Positions 1 to 10,529 of a stretch of 64,000 nt of DNA are shown piece after piece. This stretch comes from an uncultured Chloroflexia bacterium (GTDB taxonomy: Bacteria > Chloroflexota > Limnocylindria > Limnocylindrales > CSP1-4). Within the stretch, counting starts at the first letter, position 1. The number at the start of each line of letters is the position of its first letter. Both the position numbers and the translations under genes were made by a program. The notes under the pieces are model-generated. The model had not been told where the DNA came from and ran no database searches. It saw only the letters and a list, made by a program, of their open reading frames with translations. The DNA lies in NCBI GenBank assembly GCA_963841135.1, contig CAWJBJ010000004.1:829165-893164 (forward strand). Reading direction: 5' to 3'.

Positions 1-1050
1 AGGGCGTCGGTCGACTCGCAGACAGGTCCCTCGACGTGCGTCGCCTGCTCGGCGCCGCCTCGCGACGTGAGGGCGTGGATCGGGTGCCGGGCGCCGTACA
101 GGGCCGGTCGGATGAGCTCGGTCATGCCCGCATCGAGGATGACCTGGGGTCCGTCGCGGTCGCGGACATGCAGGACGCGGGCGAGCAGCCAGCCCGCCCG
201 CGCGACCAGCGCTCGTCCGGGTTCGATCGCGAGGCGCGTCGGACGCCGGTCCGGGGGGATCGCGCCCAGCAGGGCCGGCAGCTCGCGTGCGAAGCGTTCC
301 GGGGTCGGGGAGGGCTCGCCGAGCGGTCGGACCGGGAACCCGCCACCGAGATCGAGCGTGTCGAACGTCTCGATCGACCCTCGCCAGAGCGCCGTCAGCG
401 CGAGGGCCTTGCGAACCGCCTCACGCCAGGCATCGACGGCGCCGAGCTGCGAGCCGACATGGAGGTGGATCCCGCGCGGCCGCAGCGATCCCGACGGGCC
501 GCCGCCCGCCTCGATCGCCTCCGCGATCTCCGACTCCGTCATCCCGAACTTCGAGCCGCCGGCGCCGACCGCCAGGCCGGCAAGTGTCTCCGGGGCCACG
601 TCTGGGTTGACCCGGTAGAGGACGTCGATCGGCGGGGCCCCGGCGCGACGAGCGGCCACGGCCAGGGCCGCCGCCTCGTCCACCGATTCCAGCGCGACCC
701 AGGCGAGCGGCACGCCGTCCCGTGCCGCGCGGACCGCCGCACCCAGGTCGGCCGTCGTCTTGCCGATCCCTTCGAGCGTGATCCCGTCGTTCGGGACGCC
801 CGCCCGCCGAGCCAGCGCCCACTCGCCGCGCGACACGACGTTCGCGCCGAACCCGCGCGCGGCGACCGCCGCGATCACCGCCGGGACATCGTTCGCCTTG
901 ACCGAGTACTGGCGGACGATCGGATCGGGGAACGCCTCGCGGACGCCCGACGCCGCCGAATCGAGCGTCGCGAGGTCCGTGACGAAGAGCGGCGTGCCGT
1001 GTCTTCGGGCGGCGACCCGCAGCGCCTCGGCGACCTCGGCCAGCCGGCCG
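1..1050 (-). CDS. lysA: diaminopimelate decarboxylase (LysA), 3' end beyond window start
   Basis: Reverse translation gives GTPLFVTDLATLD...VKAND...DAGMTELIRPALYGA...CESTD, matching the fold-III PLP decarboxylase/LysA motifs DGGMxDLxRPALY and CESxD. The frame is open to position 1, so it is absent from the ORF table. The start is not defined and lies near 1050. Confidence 0.7.
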
Positions 1051-1053
1051 GTC

Positions 1054-1443
1054 TCAGCCAGCCGGGACGACCATGCCGGCGATGGTGCTGACGATGCTGA
1101 GCACGATCGAGCCCACGATGGCGCCGACGATCGCGTCGAGGCCGAACGTGGGCGGGAACCCGCCGACGCTCAGGCTCAGGCCGAACGCGTCGGCGATCAG
1201 CGCGGTCGCGAGCAGCAAGGCCGCATTGATGACGAACCCGATGAGGCCCATCGTCATGAGCGAGAGCGGGAGCGCGGCGACCTTGATGCCGGGCCCGATG
1301 AGGCCGTTGACGACGCCGAAGATCACGGCGATCACCAGCAGGCCGGGCAACTCGCCCTCGTACGAAACGTATTGGGGCAGGAACCTGGTGACGATGTAGA
1401 AGGCGAGGGCCGTGACGACGGTCCCGACGATGAACTTCCTCAT
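1054..1443 (-). CDS. small 4-TM membrane protein, phage-holin-4-like family
   Basis: 129 aa with four predicted hydrophobic helices (TVVTALAFYIV, LLVIAVIFGVVNGLIG, LIGFVINAALLLATALI, IVGAIVGSIVLSIVSTIAG). The pattern resembles mycobacterial 4-TMS holin-like proteins. Confidence 0.55.
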   Translation of the reverse strand: MRKFIVGTVVTALAFYIVTRFLPQYVSYEGELPGLLVIAVIFGVVNGLIGPGIKVAALPLSLMTMGLIGFVINAALLLATALIADAFGLSLSVGGFPPTFGLDAIVGAIVGSIVLSIVSTIAGMVVPAG

Positions 1444-1563
1444 CCCGCGTCCTCCGTTCGTTGGACGACCTCGCCGTCGACGGTCAGTTCGACCGACGTC
1501 CCGCTGATCTGCGATCGGCCTGCGCCGAGGATATCGCGCCGGGCGGGCTCGGATCAGGCCGGC

Positions 1564-2160
1564 TCACCACGCCAGCCCCGCTTCGAGATGTGCCTTCACG
1601 GCCGGCCACTCGGGCGCGATCACGCTGAAGTAGGCCGAATCGCGGAGTGAGCCGTCGGGCATGATCATGTGCTGGCGGAAGACCCCCTCGAACGTCGCGC
1701 CGATGCCGGCCAGCGCGGTGCGCGATCGCTCGTTGCGCGCGTGCGTCTTGAACTCGACGCGATTCGCCCCGAGCGACTCGAAGGCGTGGGTCAATTGGAG
1801 CAGCTTCGCCTCGCGGTTGGCGCCGCTCCGCTGGAATGGCGTGCCGATCCAGGTCCAGCCGATCTCGAGCCGCTTGTGCTCGGGCACGATCGACATGTAC
1901 CGCGTGCTGCCCACGGCCCGCCCGGAGGTTCGGTCGATGGTCGCGAACGGTCGCTCGGAGCCGGCGGCGGCGTTGGCCAGCGCGGTCTCGAGCCAGCGAC
2001 GCAGACCCGCTTCGTCCTGCGGTCCCATGATCGTCCAGCGCCAGAGCTCGAGATCGAGCGCGACGCGCGCTAGGTCGTCGAAATGGCGCTCTTCCAAGGG
2101 CTCGAGGCGGACCTTCCTCCCCTGCAGGAGGACCGGCTCGACCCAAGTCTGCGATGGCAT
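1564..2160 (-). CDS. GNAT family N-acetyltransferase (RimJ/RimL-like)
   Basis: 198 aa. Acetyltransferase_3-like pattern (RLEPLEERHFDDL...IGWTWIGTPFQRSGANREAKLLQLTHAFESLGANRVEFKTHARNERSRTALAGIGATFEGVFR). Confidence 0.8.
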   Translation of the reverse strand: MPSQTWVEPVLLQGRKVRLEPLEERHFDDLARVALDLELWRWTIMGPQDEAGLRRWLETALANAAAGSERPFATIDRTSGRAVGSTRYMSIVPEHKRLEIGWTWIGTPFQRSGANREAKLLQLTHAFESLGANRVEFKTHARNERSRTALAGIGATFEGVFRQHMIMPDGSLRDSAYFSVIAPEWPAVKAHLEAGLAW

Positions 2161-2261
2161 GCCCCGATGGTAGTCGGCGGGCGCGTCCGGTCGCCGGCCC
2201 GTCCGTCGTCGGGATCCGGCGGCCCGCCCGCGCAGCCGGCGTGCCTTGTACGCTTGGGACG

Positions 2262-2696
2262 ATGAACCGAGGTCTCACCCCCGACCAGCTCGACGGCCTG
2301 CTCGACGAGCCGCACCTGGCGACGCTCGCCACCTTCCGCAAGGACGGGAGCGTCCTCCAGTCGCCGATCTGGTTCATCTGGGAGGACGGGGGGTTCACGC
2401 TCGGGATCGCGGCCGGCGACGGGAAGCTCAAGCACCTCCAGCGCGACCCGCGGGTCACGATCGTCGTCGCCGAGGACGCGCTGCCCTACCGCGGATTCGA
2501 GGCGCGCGGCGTCGCCCAGCTGACCGATCGGCCATACCCTCCGGCGATCCGGCGGATCGCGCGCCGCTACGTCGGCCCGAAGGGCGAGGATTTCTACGCG
2601 GACGACTACGGCGGCGTGGTGGTCCGGATCGAGCCGAGCGACACGCGCGGCTGGGACTTCCGCGACGACCTGACGGCCATGGGGGTCTGGCCGTAG
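2262..2696 (+). CDS. PPOX-class F420-dependent / pyridoxamine 5'-phosphate oxidase family protein
   Basis: MNRGLTPDQLDGLLDEPHLATLATFRKDGSVLQSPIWFIWEDGGFTL... is a typical PPOX/F420 split-barrel N-terminus. The ORF opens at 2154, but the first plausible Met is at 2262. Confidence 0.7.
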   Translation: MNRGLTPDQLDGLLDEPHLATLATFRKDGSVLQSPIWFIWEDGGFTLGIAAGDGKLKHLQRDPRVTIVVAEDALPYRGFEARGVAQLTDRPYPPAIRRIARRYVGPKGEDFYADDYGGVVVRIEPSDTRGWDFRDDLTAMGVWP

Positions 2697-4447
2697 TGCC
2701 GGGCTTCGACGACGTCTTCCGGCCGTTCCTCGACGAGTTCTTCGAGCTCTACCCGGTCACCGCGACCGCCATCGGCGACCATCGATTCGATGGCGCCTGG
2801 TCCGACGTGACCGAGGCCGGCCGCGAGCGGCGGCTGGACGCCATGGACCGCTGGCACATGGCGTTCGAGGGCCTCACGGACCTGAGCGTGGACGAGCGCC
2901 TGGACCGCGACCTGATGCTCGGCGAGGTCGAGGCGATGCGCTTCGCCGAGGGGGTGCTGCGCGAGGACGCCTGGAACCCGCTGGAGTGGGTCTATCTCGT
3001 CGGGGAAGGGCTGTTCCTGCTGATCGCGCGGGAGTTCGCCCCGCTCGCCGAACGCCTGGCCTCGATCGCCGGGCGCCTCGAGGGCCTGCCGGCGCTCCTC
3101 ACCGGCGCGCAGGCCGCCCTGGTCGGCGTCGATGGCCGGCCGGTCGGGCGCTTCCAGACCGAGACCGCCCTGAAGCAGTCGTCGGGCATGACCGGATTGG
3201 TGGACGACGCCCTCGGCGAGGCCGAGGCGCATGCCGACGATCCGGCCGTGGCCGCCGTCACGCCCCGCCTGCGTGCTGCCGCCGAGGCGGCCAAGGCCGC
3301 CATCGCCGACTTCGAGGCGCATCTCCGCGACGTCGTCCTGCCCGCGAGCGACGGCGAGGCGCGCCTGGGCGCCGAGCTGTTCGCGCGCAAGATGCGCCAC
3401 ACGATGCGCTCCGATGACCGGACGCCCGAGCGGATCACGGCCGCGGCCGAGCGCGAGTACACGGCGGTCCGGGCCGAGATGGTCCGCCTCGCCCGCGACC
3501 TCTGGTCGACGTGGGTGCCAGACCAGCCGCGTCCCGACGACGACGGCGCCCTCGTGCGCGGCGTCCTGGACGCCATCGCCGCCGACCACCCGGCGGCCGA
3601 CGAGCTCCTCGACTGGTGCCGGGAGGAGACCGCCCGGATCGAGGAGTTCTGCGCGGAAAAGGGCCTCATCGGGATGGCCGACGATCCGCTCGACATCCAG
3701 TGGACGCCGGTGTTCCTGCGCTCGTTCGGGGGCGCGATGCTCTCGTCGCCCGGTCCCCTGGACAAGGGCCAGAAGGCGTTCTTCGCGATCACCCCGATGC
3801 CCGACGACTGGACCGCCGAACAGCGCGAGTCATACCTGCGCGAGGACAACACCCGGATGCTCCGCCTGCTCTGCATCCACGAGGCGGTGCCGGGCCACTA
3901 CCTGCAGGGCGTGTACGCGAACCGGAGCCCGTCGCTGGCACGGTCCATCTTCGCGAGCGGCCTGTTCGCGGAAGGCTGGGCCGTCTACGTCACGCAGGTG
4001 ATGATGGACGTCGGCTACGGGGCCGACGATCCCGCGCTGATGCTCACCCATTGGAAGTACTACCTGCGGGCGATCACGAACGCGATCATCGACGCGCGGA
4101 TCCAGGCCGGCGACATGGGCCTGGACGAGGCCGTCACGCTCATGGTCGAGGGCGGGTTCCAGGAGGAGTCCGAGGCGCGCGCCAAGTACGACCGGGCGCG
4201 GCTGTCGTCGACCCAGCTCTCGACCTATTTCGTCGGCTCGCTCGAGCTCTGGGAGATCGAACGGGAGGCCCGACGACGGGCGGCGGCCGCCTCCGGCGAC
4301 CCCCGTGGCGCCGATGCCGTGCCGGAGCCTCGCGTCGTCGGCGGGTACGGCGAGACGCCCGGCTTCGACCATCGACGACACCTGGAGGCGGTCATCGGCC
4401 AGGGCACGCCACCGCCCTCGCTCCTCCGGCGCATCCTCCTGGGCTGA
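2696..4447 (+). CDS. DUF885 family protein (putative metallopeptidase-like)
   Basis: Contains IHEAVPGHYLQ, the DUF885 HExxPGHxxQ signature. A GTG start overlaps the upstream stop (TAGTG). The N-terminus VPGFDDVFRPFLDEFFELYPVTAT is typical of the family. Confidence 0.75.
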   Translation: MPGFDDVFRPFLDEFFELYPVTATAIGDHRFDGAWSDVTEAGRERRLDAMDRWHMAFEGLTDLSVDERLDRDLMLGEVEAMRFAEGVLREDAWNPLEWVYLVGEGLFLLIAREFAPLAERLASIAGRLEGLPALLTGAQAALVGVDGRPVGRFQTETALKQSSGMTGLVDDALGEAEAHADDPAVAAVTPRLRAAAEAAKAAIADFEAHLRDVVLPASDGEARLGAELFARKMRHTMRSDDRTPERITAAAEREYTAVRAEMVRLARDLWSTWVPDQPRPDDDGALVRGVLDAIAADHPAADELLDWCREETARIEEFCAEKGLIGMADDPLDIQWTPVFLRSFGGAMLSSPGPLDKGQKAFFAITPMPDDWTAEQRESYLREDNTRMLRLLCIHEAVPGHYLQGVYANRSPSLARSIFASGLFAEGWAVYVTQVMMDVGYGADDPALMLTHWKYYLRAITNAIIDARIQAGDMGLDEAVTLMVEGGFQEESEARAKYDRARLSSTQLSTYFVGSLELWEIEREARRRAAAASGDPRGADAVPEPRVVGGYGETPGFDHRRHLEAVIGQGTPPPSLLRRILLG

Positions 4448-4493
4448 GCCGGCGGCGAACGGTCTGGGGCCGTCCGGTCGCCGGCCCGATCGG

Positions 4494-5855
4494 TCAGCGA
4501 GCGATCGCCCGGGCCGTGGCCTCCACGGCATCGACCTCCACCTCGTAGATCCCGGCGAGCTGCTCGCCGAGACCGCGGAGGATCTCGTCGACCCGGTCCT
4601 GCGGCAGCGGGAACGAGTCCGCGAAACGGCCGCGGATCGCCCAGGCCGTCTCCGCTGCCGCTCGAACGCGTGCGCGCCCGGCCTCGCCATCGTTCGCCGC
4701 GCCGCGCAGCACCTCGACGGCTTCGACCGCGTCGTCCGCCCCATCGAGATCCGGCGGGACCGCCGAATCCGCGAGCTCGTCCCAGGCGTCGGCTGACCGG
4801 CGCCACGCCTCCGCGGCATCGGTGAGAGCCGGTCGGTCGAGCGCAACGGCGGCCTCGTCGAGCGATGTCGCGTACAGGTCGCGCAGGTGCCCGCCTGCGG
4901 GGCTCGCGGTGGCATCGACGGCCTCGACGATCCCGAGCAACGCCCCGAACAAGCCATGGCCGTCGGCGAACACGCGCGACCACGCCTTCGCGTTGCGCTG
5001 GTCGGTCATCAGCCTGCCCCACTTGCGCCAGGCGGGGAGCGAGAACGAATCGGAGCTCGCGCGCAGGTGCTCGACCTGGTCGGCGAGCCCGGCCGTCAAC
5101 GCCGCTCGCAGACGGTCTGCCGGGATGGGGCCAGCGGTCGTCCGGAGCCGGGCGATCCGATGCTTGTACGAGCCGATCCGACCGCGTCCCGCCGCCATGA
5201 CGTCCGGCGGGATCTGGAACAGCGAGGTGCCGCGGTCGTCGACGAGGTACGTGCCGTCGGCCTCGCGGCCGGCGATCACGAGATGGCCGTAGCCGCAATA
5301 GCCCGACATCGAATCGGGCAGGCCCCACGTTCCGATCGATTGGGGATCGACCGATGCGATGACGGCCGCCCCGGCGTCGAGCCGGTCGTCGAGCGCCTCG
5401 CGTGCGCCCTTCGCGCCGCCGGTCTGGTGGACGTCCGCTTCGATGCCGAGCCGCTCGAGCGTCTTGCCGGTCCAGCCCGGGATCCACGGGTACTGCCACT
5501 GGTTGCGGAACCCGAGGGTCAGGACCGGCCCGCCAAGCGACTTGAACTCCCAGAGGATGTAGCCGGCGCCGAGGCCGCCGCCGATGGCGAGGATCGCGGC
5601 CTCGGTCAGCGGCTCGCCGGTCAGGCCGGAGACCACGCCCTGGTTGGCGAGGACGTTGGCGATCGTCGCGGTCTCGGGGTGGAGTCCGCCCCGCAGGCGG
5701 TAGGTCGTGGGTCCAGCGGTCGTCTCGACGGTCGAGAGAGCCGGACGCTCGGTCGCGTCCGTGTCGGTCAGGGCTCGGCGGGCGGCCGCGTAGCGCTCGC
5801 CGGTCTTCGCCATGCGGGCGCGGACGACCCGCTTGAAGGACTTGTCGGTGGTCAT
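4494..5855 (-). CDS. BtrH_N/DUF4872-like domain protein (peptidase-C39-like fold), function unknown
   Basis: MTTDKSFKRVVRARMAKTGERY... start with a GGAGA Shine-Dalgarno. The Gly-rich AILAIGGGLGAGYILWEF and C-terminal acidic helices resemble BtrH N-terminal domain proteins. The active-site Cys appears replaced by P-E. The long N-terminal extension of the ORF (to 6410) is Arg-rich and rejected. Confidence 0.5.
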   Translation of the reverse strand: MTTDKSFKRVVRARMAKTGERYAAARRALTDTDATERPALSTVETTAGPTTYRLRGGLHPETATIANVLANQGVVSGLTGEPLTEAAILAIGGGLGAGYILWEFKSLGGPVLTLGFRNQWQYPWIPGWTGKTLERLGIEADVHQTGGAKGAREALDDRLDAGAAVIASVDPQSIGTWGLPDSMSGYCGYGHLVIAGREADGTYLVDDRGTSLFQIPPDVMAAGRGRIGSYKHRIARLRTTAGPIPADRLRAALTAGLADQVEHLRASSDSFSLPAWRKWGRLMTDQRNAKAWSRVFADGHGLFGALLGIVEAVDATASPAGGHLRDLYATSLDEAAVALDRPALTDAAEAWRRSADAWDELADSAVPPDLDGADDAVEAVEVLRGAANDGEAGRARVRAAAETAWAIRGRFADSFPLPQDRVDEILRGLGEQLAGIYEVEVDAVEATARAIAR

Positions 5856-6054
5856 CGGTCTGTCTCCGTCACGGCCGTCGACGTCCGCACCCACGCCGCA
5901 CGTCGCCGGCCGGTCGGATGGTCGACCGGTTCGTCCCGAGGATCTGCTCCCCTTTACCGCCGCATCGCCGGGCCGCGTGGGGGCCCGGTCTGGCAGTCGG
6001 GCGCGGGAGGCGCCGCGCCAAGTGTACGACGTCGAGGGACGGTATCGCCAGCGC

Positions 6055-9000
6055 TCATTCGGCGGGTTTCGACCTCGCCTTCGGGCGCGGTGCCACCTTC
6101 CTGGGACGCGCCGTGACGGCGGGACGGGCACCCGTCCGTCGGAGGGCCGCCATGAGCTTGTCGAGCCGGTAGCCCGCCGACTTCGCCGCGGCCGCGAGCC
6201 GGCTCGTGGCATCCGGCGCATCGGTGGACGTGCGACGCGGTCCGGCGTCGATCGCATCGAGCCGGCGCGCCCAGGCGAGCTGCGCCTCGAACCGGTCGCG
6301 ATCGAGCCACTCGACGCCTTCCCACGTGTTGAGCCCGATCGCCGTGCGAACGACATCGCCGGCCAGCCATCGGTCGAGCAGCCTCGCGTCCGCCGTCCGG
6401 GCGGGACCACGAAGCTCGGACGGCCGCGGCAGTGCCAGCAGCACGCGGACCTGGTCGGCGACGGTCCACGCCTCGCCCTCGTCGAGGCCCGCTTCCCGCA
6501 GGCCGGCCGCCAGCGCGCTCGACAGGCGAAGCTCGTCGTACCACGCTCGGCTGGTCGCCGCCCGGTCCGCCGCCGGTGCCAGCTCGCCGGTCCGCGACAG
6601 GGCGAGCCAGGCGAGCAAGGCCGCGCGGTCGACGCGCGATGCGGGGAGGTCGGCCGCCGCGAGAGCCGTCTCGACCCGCCGGCGCACGGCCGCCGCGACC
6701 GTCGCGGGATCGCCCGAAACGGCCGTGGCGTCGGCGATCGCTGTCAGGAACGATGCGAACCGCCCCTCCAGCTCATCGAACGTGGCGGTCGAGGCCTTGC
6801 CGTCGAGGACCCTCCCTGCCAGGCCGTCGGCGAAGATCGCCCGGAGCGGGGCATGGACCGGCTCGAGCTGCAGCTCCCGGAGCGCGTCATCGAGCGAGGG
6901 CACGGCACGCTCGCCGAGGCGGGCCGCCAACCGCGCCCATTGGCCTGCGGTCCCGTCGTGGATCTCGCGGAACTCCCAGTACACGTGCGTGCCGTAGGCA
7001 TCGAGCGAGACGTACAGGCCGCGTTGCCAGAGCTCGTGCGCCGAGCGCAGCGATTCGAGCCCGCTCCGCGCGTCGCGGAACGCCACGAAGACGCCGGGAT
7101 CGTCGGGGATCCCGAGGCCCTCGGCCAGCCGGCGTCGCACCTTGCGCTTCGCGCCGTCCGCGCCCCGGCGGGCGTAGGGCGTCGAGTCGCGGATCCAGCC
7201 GCTGGTCGAGCCGTAGCGGCCGTGGTACACGACGAGCGAGCGCTCCGGACCCGACCCGTTCGAGTAGGCGAACACGTCCTCGTCGACGCGCCCGCTCGAG
7301 GTCATGACGTCGTACAGCAGGAAGTCCTGGGCCTCGGCGAACCACGCCCGGCGGTGGAGCAACGGGAAGATCTCGCGCTCGTGGCGTCGCACCAGGTCCG
7401 CGTCCGGTCGCTCGTCGAGCGTCGCCCGGCGGAACTCCATGCCGTACTTCTCGCTGAAGCCCTGGACCTGTCCGTGGCCGAGCATCGGCAGGCCCGGCAG
7501 CGTGGCCATGACCGTGGCCACCCCGAAGTACTTGTCGCCCTTGCCGAACTGCTCGAGCGCCGTCTTCTCGTCGGGGTTGCTCATGAAGTTGACGTAGCGC
7601 TTGAGGATCTCCGGGTCGAACTCGAGCGTGTCCTTGATGACCTTGCGGTAGCCGGCGCCGTCCTCGTCGCGGAGCATGTGCATGAACGCGCTGTTGTAGA
7701 CGCGGTGCATGCCGAGGGTCCGCACGAAATAGCCCTCCAGCAGCCAGAACGCCTCGGCCAGCAGGAGCGTGTCGGGGACCTCCGCCGCCACGCGGTCGAC
7801 CACCTCGCGCCAGAACTCCACCGGCATCCGCGCATGGAACTCGCGCTTGGACATCGCGTGCTCGGCACGCGAGGGGATGCCGCCCGGCTGGCCTGGCTCC
7901 GGCCACCACAGGCGCTCGATGTGCTTCTTCGCGAGCACCATGGCGGCGTCGAACCGGATGATCGGGAAGCGCCGCGCGACCGCGAGGATCGTCTCGATGA
8001 CCTGTTCCCGGACCGCGGCGTCGAGGAAGTCCAGCTGCGCGGTGTCGTTCCACGGGAAGCTTGTGCCGTCGTTCCCGTGGTAGACGTAGCGGGCGTCGCC
8101 GGTCAGCCGATCGATCCGCTTGAACACGACCGCGGCGTCGCTGTCGTCCCAGTAGTGGTCCTCGAGCACGATCCCGACCCGTTCGTCGGAGGACAGGTCC
8201 GGGCCGTCGAAGGTGTACGCCGGATAGGGCGGGTGATCGAGCGAGAGGAACCACTCGGGGTGGTCGATGACCCAGCTCGAATCGATGCCCATGTGGTTGG
8301 GCACCATGTCGCTCGCGAGCCGGATGCCGCGCGCCCAGGCCCGGTCGCGGAGCCGGGCGTACGCGTCCTCGCCGCCGAGGTCGTCGGCGATCCGGTAGTC
8401 GTCCAGCGAGTAGGCCGAGGCGACCGCCTCGACATTGCCGCGCATCCGCTTGATCCGCTCGGACGCCGCCGACCGCTCCCAGAGGCCGATCAGCCACAGC
8501 CCCGTGACGCCCCACCCGGCGAGCGTGTCGAGCGCCTCGTCCGGGATCGCGTCGAGCGTCCGGATGTCGCGGCCGTGCTCGCGGGACAGCTGGTCGAGCC
8601 AGACGTAGGTGCTCTTGGCGATCAGGACCACGCGTGGCATCCACGCCGAGTCCGACGAGAACGCCTCCGGCTCGTCGGCGCTCCCGAGCTTCGGCGGCTC
8701 GCCCTTCGCTGGTCCGCCGCCACCGAATCGCAGGTGGAGCGCGCGCTCCTCCTCCGCGATGACGCCAAGGGCCAGGTCCATCCGCGCGATGAGCGCCGCG
8801 AGCGCGTCGCCCAGCAGGCCCACCCAGTGCTCGCGGATGTAGCGCAACTGCCCGGCGAGCGAGGTCGGGGAGTGGCGCGCCGGCGCGCGCAGGAGCTCGA
8901 TGAGCGACTGGCCGTCCGGCCCGAACCGCGGCCCGTCGGCGAAGGCGACCTCCAGCCCGGCGATCGCGTCTCGGTATCGTGTCCGGCGTTCCAGCGGACG

Positions 9001-9546
9001 ATCGTCGACGAGCTCCCGCAACGGGCCGATCGCCGCGTTCTCGTTCGCGACGCGGATGAGGATGAGCTCCTCCAGACGGGCGAGGCGCGTCTCCGGTCGG
9101 GCGGTCCGCCCGGGGAACTCCAGCGCGAACCGGTCGAGGAGTCGCTTCGTGTCCTCACGGCCCAGCCGCGACTCGAGCGTGCGCAGGACGCCGTCCATGG
9201 CATCGGGATGGCGGTCCTGCTGGTGGCGCGCGATGACCAGGTGTCCGACCTCGTGGATCAGGCCCATGGCCCCGATCTCGCCGGCCAGGATCGCCGCAGC
9301 GCCATCGCCCCGCCGCTCGTTCATCCGGTCCGCGAGGCGACGGATCGCGAGCAGGTCCGTCGTGACGATGTCGCCGGTCGAGCCGATCAGGCTTCGATCG
9401 ATCGCGTAGCGCTGGCGCGCGACCCGCTGGACGTGGAAGGCTCGCATCGGCCAAAGCATCGCATGGCCGGCCCGGCGCAACGGGCGCCCCGCGGCGTCGG
9501 CGAGGTCAGACCTGGGCAGCCTCGAGCGGGCGGGACGAGGCGACAT
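6055..9546 (-). CDS. large alpha-amylase-family (GH13-like) glycoside hydrolase, about 1160 aa, multidomain
   Basis: GH13 conserved regions at about residues 500-800: LASDMVPNHMG (region I DxVxNH), IIRFDAAMVL (region II GFRxDAA nucleophile), LLAEAFW (region III Glu), NFMSNPDE (region IV). The start is uncertain (ATG at 9546 or 9459). The ORF's Arg-rich N-terminal extension to 10080 overlaps the GntR gene and is rejected. Confidence 0.7.
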   Translation of the reverse strand: MSPRPARSRLPRSDLADAAGRPLRRAGHAMLWPMRAFHVQRVARQRYAIDRSLIGSTGDIVTTDLLAIRRLADRMNERRGDGAAAILAGEIGAMGLIHEVGHLVIARHQQDRHPDAMDGVLRTLESRLGREDTKRLLDRFALEFPGRTARPETRLARLEELILIRVANENAAIGPLRELVDDRPLERRTRYRDAIAGLEVAFADGPRFGPDGQSLIELLRAPARHSPTSLAGQLRYIREHWVGLLGDALAALIARMDLALGVIAEEERALHLRFGGGGPAKGEPPKLGSADEPEAFSSDSAWMPRVVLIAKSTYVWLDQLSREHGRDIRTLDAIPDEALDTLAGWGVTGLWLIGLWERSAASERIKRMRGNVEAVASAYSLDDYRIADDLGGEDAYARLRDRAWARGIRLASDMVPNHMGIDSSWVIDHPEWFLSLDHPPYPAYTFDGPDLSSDERVGIVLEDHYWDDSDAAVVFKRIDRLTGDARYVYHGNDGTSFPWNDTAQLDFLDAAVREQVIETILAVARRFPIIRFDAAMVLAKKHIERLWWPEPGQPGGIPSRAEHAMSKREFHARMPVEFWREVVDRVAAEVPDTLLLAEAFWLLEGYFVRTLGMHRVYNSAFMHMLRDEDGAGYRKVIKDTLEFDPEILKRYVNFMSNPDEKTALEQFGKGDKYFGVATVMATLPGLPMLGHGQVQGFSEKYGMEFRRATLDERPDADLVRRHEREIFPLLHRRAWFAEAQDFLLYDVMTSSGRVDEDVFAYSNGSGPERSLVVYHGRYGSTSGWIRDSTPYARRGADGAKRKVRRRLAEGLGIPDDPGVFVAFRDARSGLESLRSAHELWQRGLYVSLDAYGTHVYWEFREIHDGTAGQWARLAARLGERAVPSLDDALRELQLEPVHAPLRAIFADGLAGRVLDGKASTATFDELEGRFASFLTAIADATAVSGDPATVAAAVRRRVETALAAADLPASRVDRAALLAWLALSRTGELAPAADRAATSRAWYDELRLSSALAAGLREAGLDEGEAWTVADQVRVLLALPRPSELRGPARTADARLLDRWLAGDVVRTAIGLNTWEGVEWLDRDRFEAQLAWARRLDAIDAGPRRTSTDAPDATSRLAAAAKSAGYRLDKLMAALRRTGARPAVTARPRKVAPRPKARSKPAE

Positions 9547-9569
9547 GCTCGATCGCCCGGCGGAGCAGC

Positions 9570-10529
9570 TCAAGGCCGGAGGGGTCGAACTCGTAGGTCC
9601 ACGGAGCGGATCCGCTCGGGCCGGGAGAACCGGCTGGCCAGACCCGAGACCTGGGCCTCGCGCGACAGCAGGATCACGTCGGCGGTGCGGTCGATCAGGG
9701 CCAGCTCCTCCTCGCCCTCGATGAGCGCGGAGATGATCTCGACGCCGGTCGTGCCCGACAGCGCGAGGGTCTCGAGGATGTTGTCGGTGCCGCGTGCCGA
9801 GGCGCACACGAGCCCCACCCGCGAGCCGTTCGGCAGGCCGGCGATCTCGTGGACCATCTCGAGGTATCCGGGCCCGACCAGCATCGCCACGACCGGGACA
9901 CGCCCGGCCACGAGTGCCTGGGCCTCGTCGGCATGGAACGTCGTGGTGGCGACGAGGTCGTAGTGGAAGCGCTCGAGCCGCTCGGGCAGGTCGTCGAGCA
10001 GCGCTCCCTCGGCCTCGATCATGCCGGGGAAGGCATCGACCAGGCGCTCGGCGTCGTAGCCGGCATCCGCGTTGGTGCACTCGGTGAACAGCACGTGGAC
10101 GAGCGGACCCGGCCGCTTCCGCTCCGTCGCCGCGGCGAACGTGGCGGACGCCAGCTCGTCGGCCGTGAACCCGGCGTGAGCGGCCCGGCGGAGCATCTCC
10201 GACACGATCCCCGCGAGCGCCTCGGTGCCGCGTCGCTGCGGCGGTCGATCGGCGACGTGCGTCCCGGCCCCGTGGCGACTCGAGACATAGCCGGCGTCGG
10301 ACAAACGTCGATAGACCGCCCGGATCGTGTTGGGGTTCACTCGCAGGGCCGCTCCCAGTTCGCGGACCGGCGGCAATCGAGAGCCTGGCAGGAGCCGGCC
10401 GGAGTCGATCTGGTAGGCGAGCTGCCAGTAGATCTGGGTCGAGATGGGAACGTCCGAATCCCGCTCGACATCGAGGGGCCCGTGGCCGCTCGATGTGGGT
10501 GGAATTGGGGCTTCTTGGTCAGTTGACAT
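9570..10529 (-). CDS. GntR family transcriptional regulator with C-terminal ligand-binding domain
   Basis: N-terminal GntR winged HTH (PISTQIYWQLAYQIDSGRLLPGSRLPPVRELGAALRVNPNTIRAVYRRLSDAGYVSSRHGAGTHV). It lies immediately upstream of the GH13-like gene on the same strand. Confidence 0.8.
   Translation of the reverse strand: MSTDQEAPIPPTSSGHGPLDVERDSDVPISTQIYWQLAYQIDSGRLLPGSRLPPVRELGAALRVNPNTIRAVYRRLSDAGYVSSRHGAGTHVADRPPQRRGTEALAGIVSEMLRRAAHAGFTADELASATFAAATERKRPGPLVHVLFTECTNADAGYDAERLVDAFPGMIEAEGALLDDLPERLERFHYDLVATTTFHADEAQALVAGRVPVVAMLVGPGYLEMVHEIAGLPNGSRVGLVCASARGTDNILETLALSGTTGVEIISALIEGEEELALIDRTADVILLSREAQVSGLASRFSRPERIRSVDLRVRPLRP

Noticed and set aside
6887-8644. 585-aa minus-strand ORF in an alternate frame
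   Set aside because: It lies inside the GH13-like gene in another frame with Arg-rich junk composition.
5812-9963. 1383-aa plus-strand ORF
   Set aside because: Extremely Arg/Gly/Pro-rich with no motifs. It is antisense to the well-supported GH13-like gene and is a high-GC artefact.
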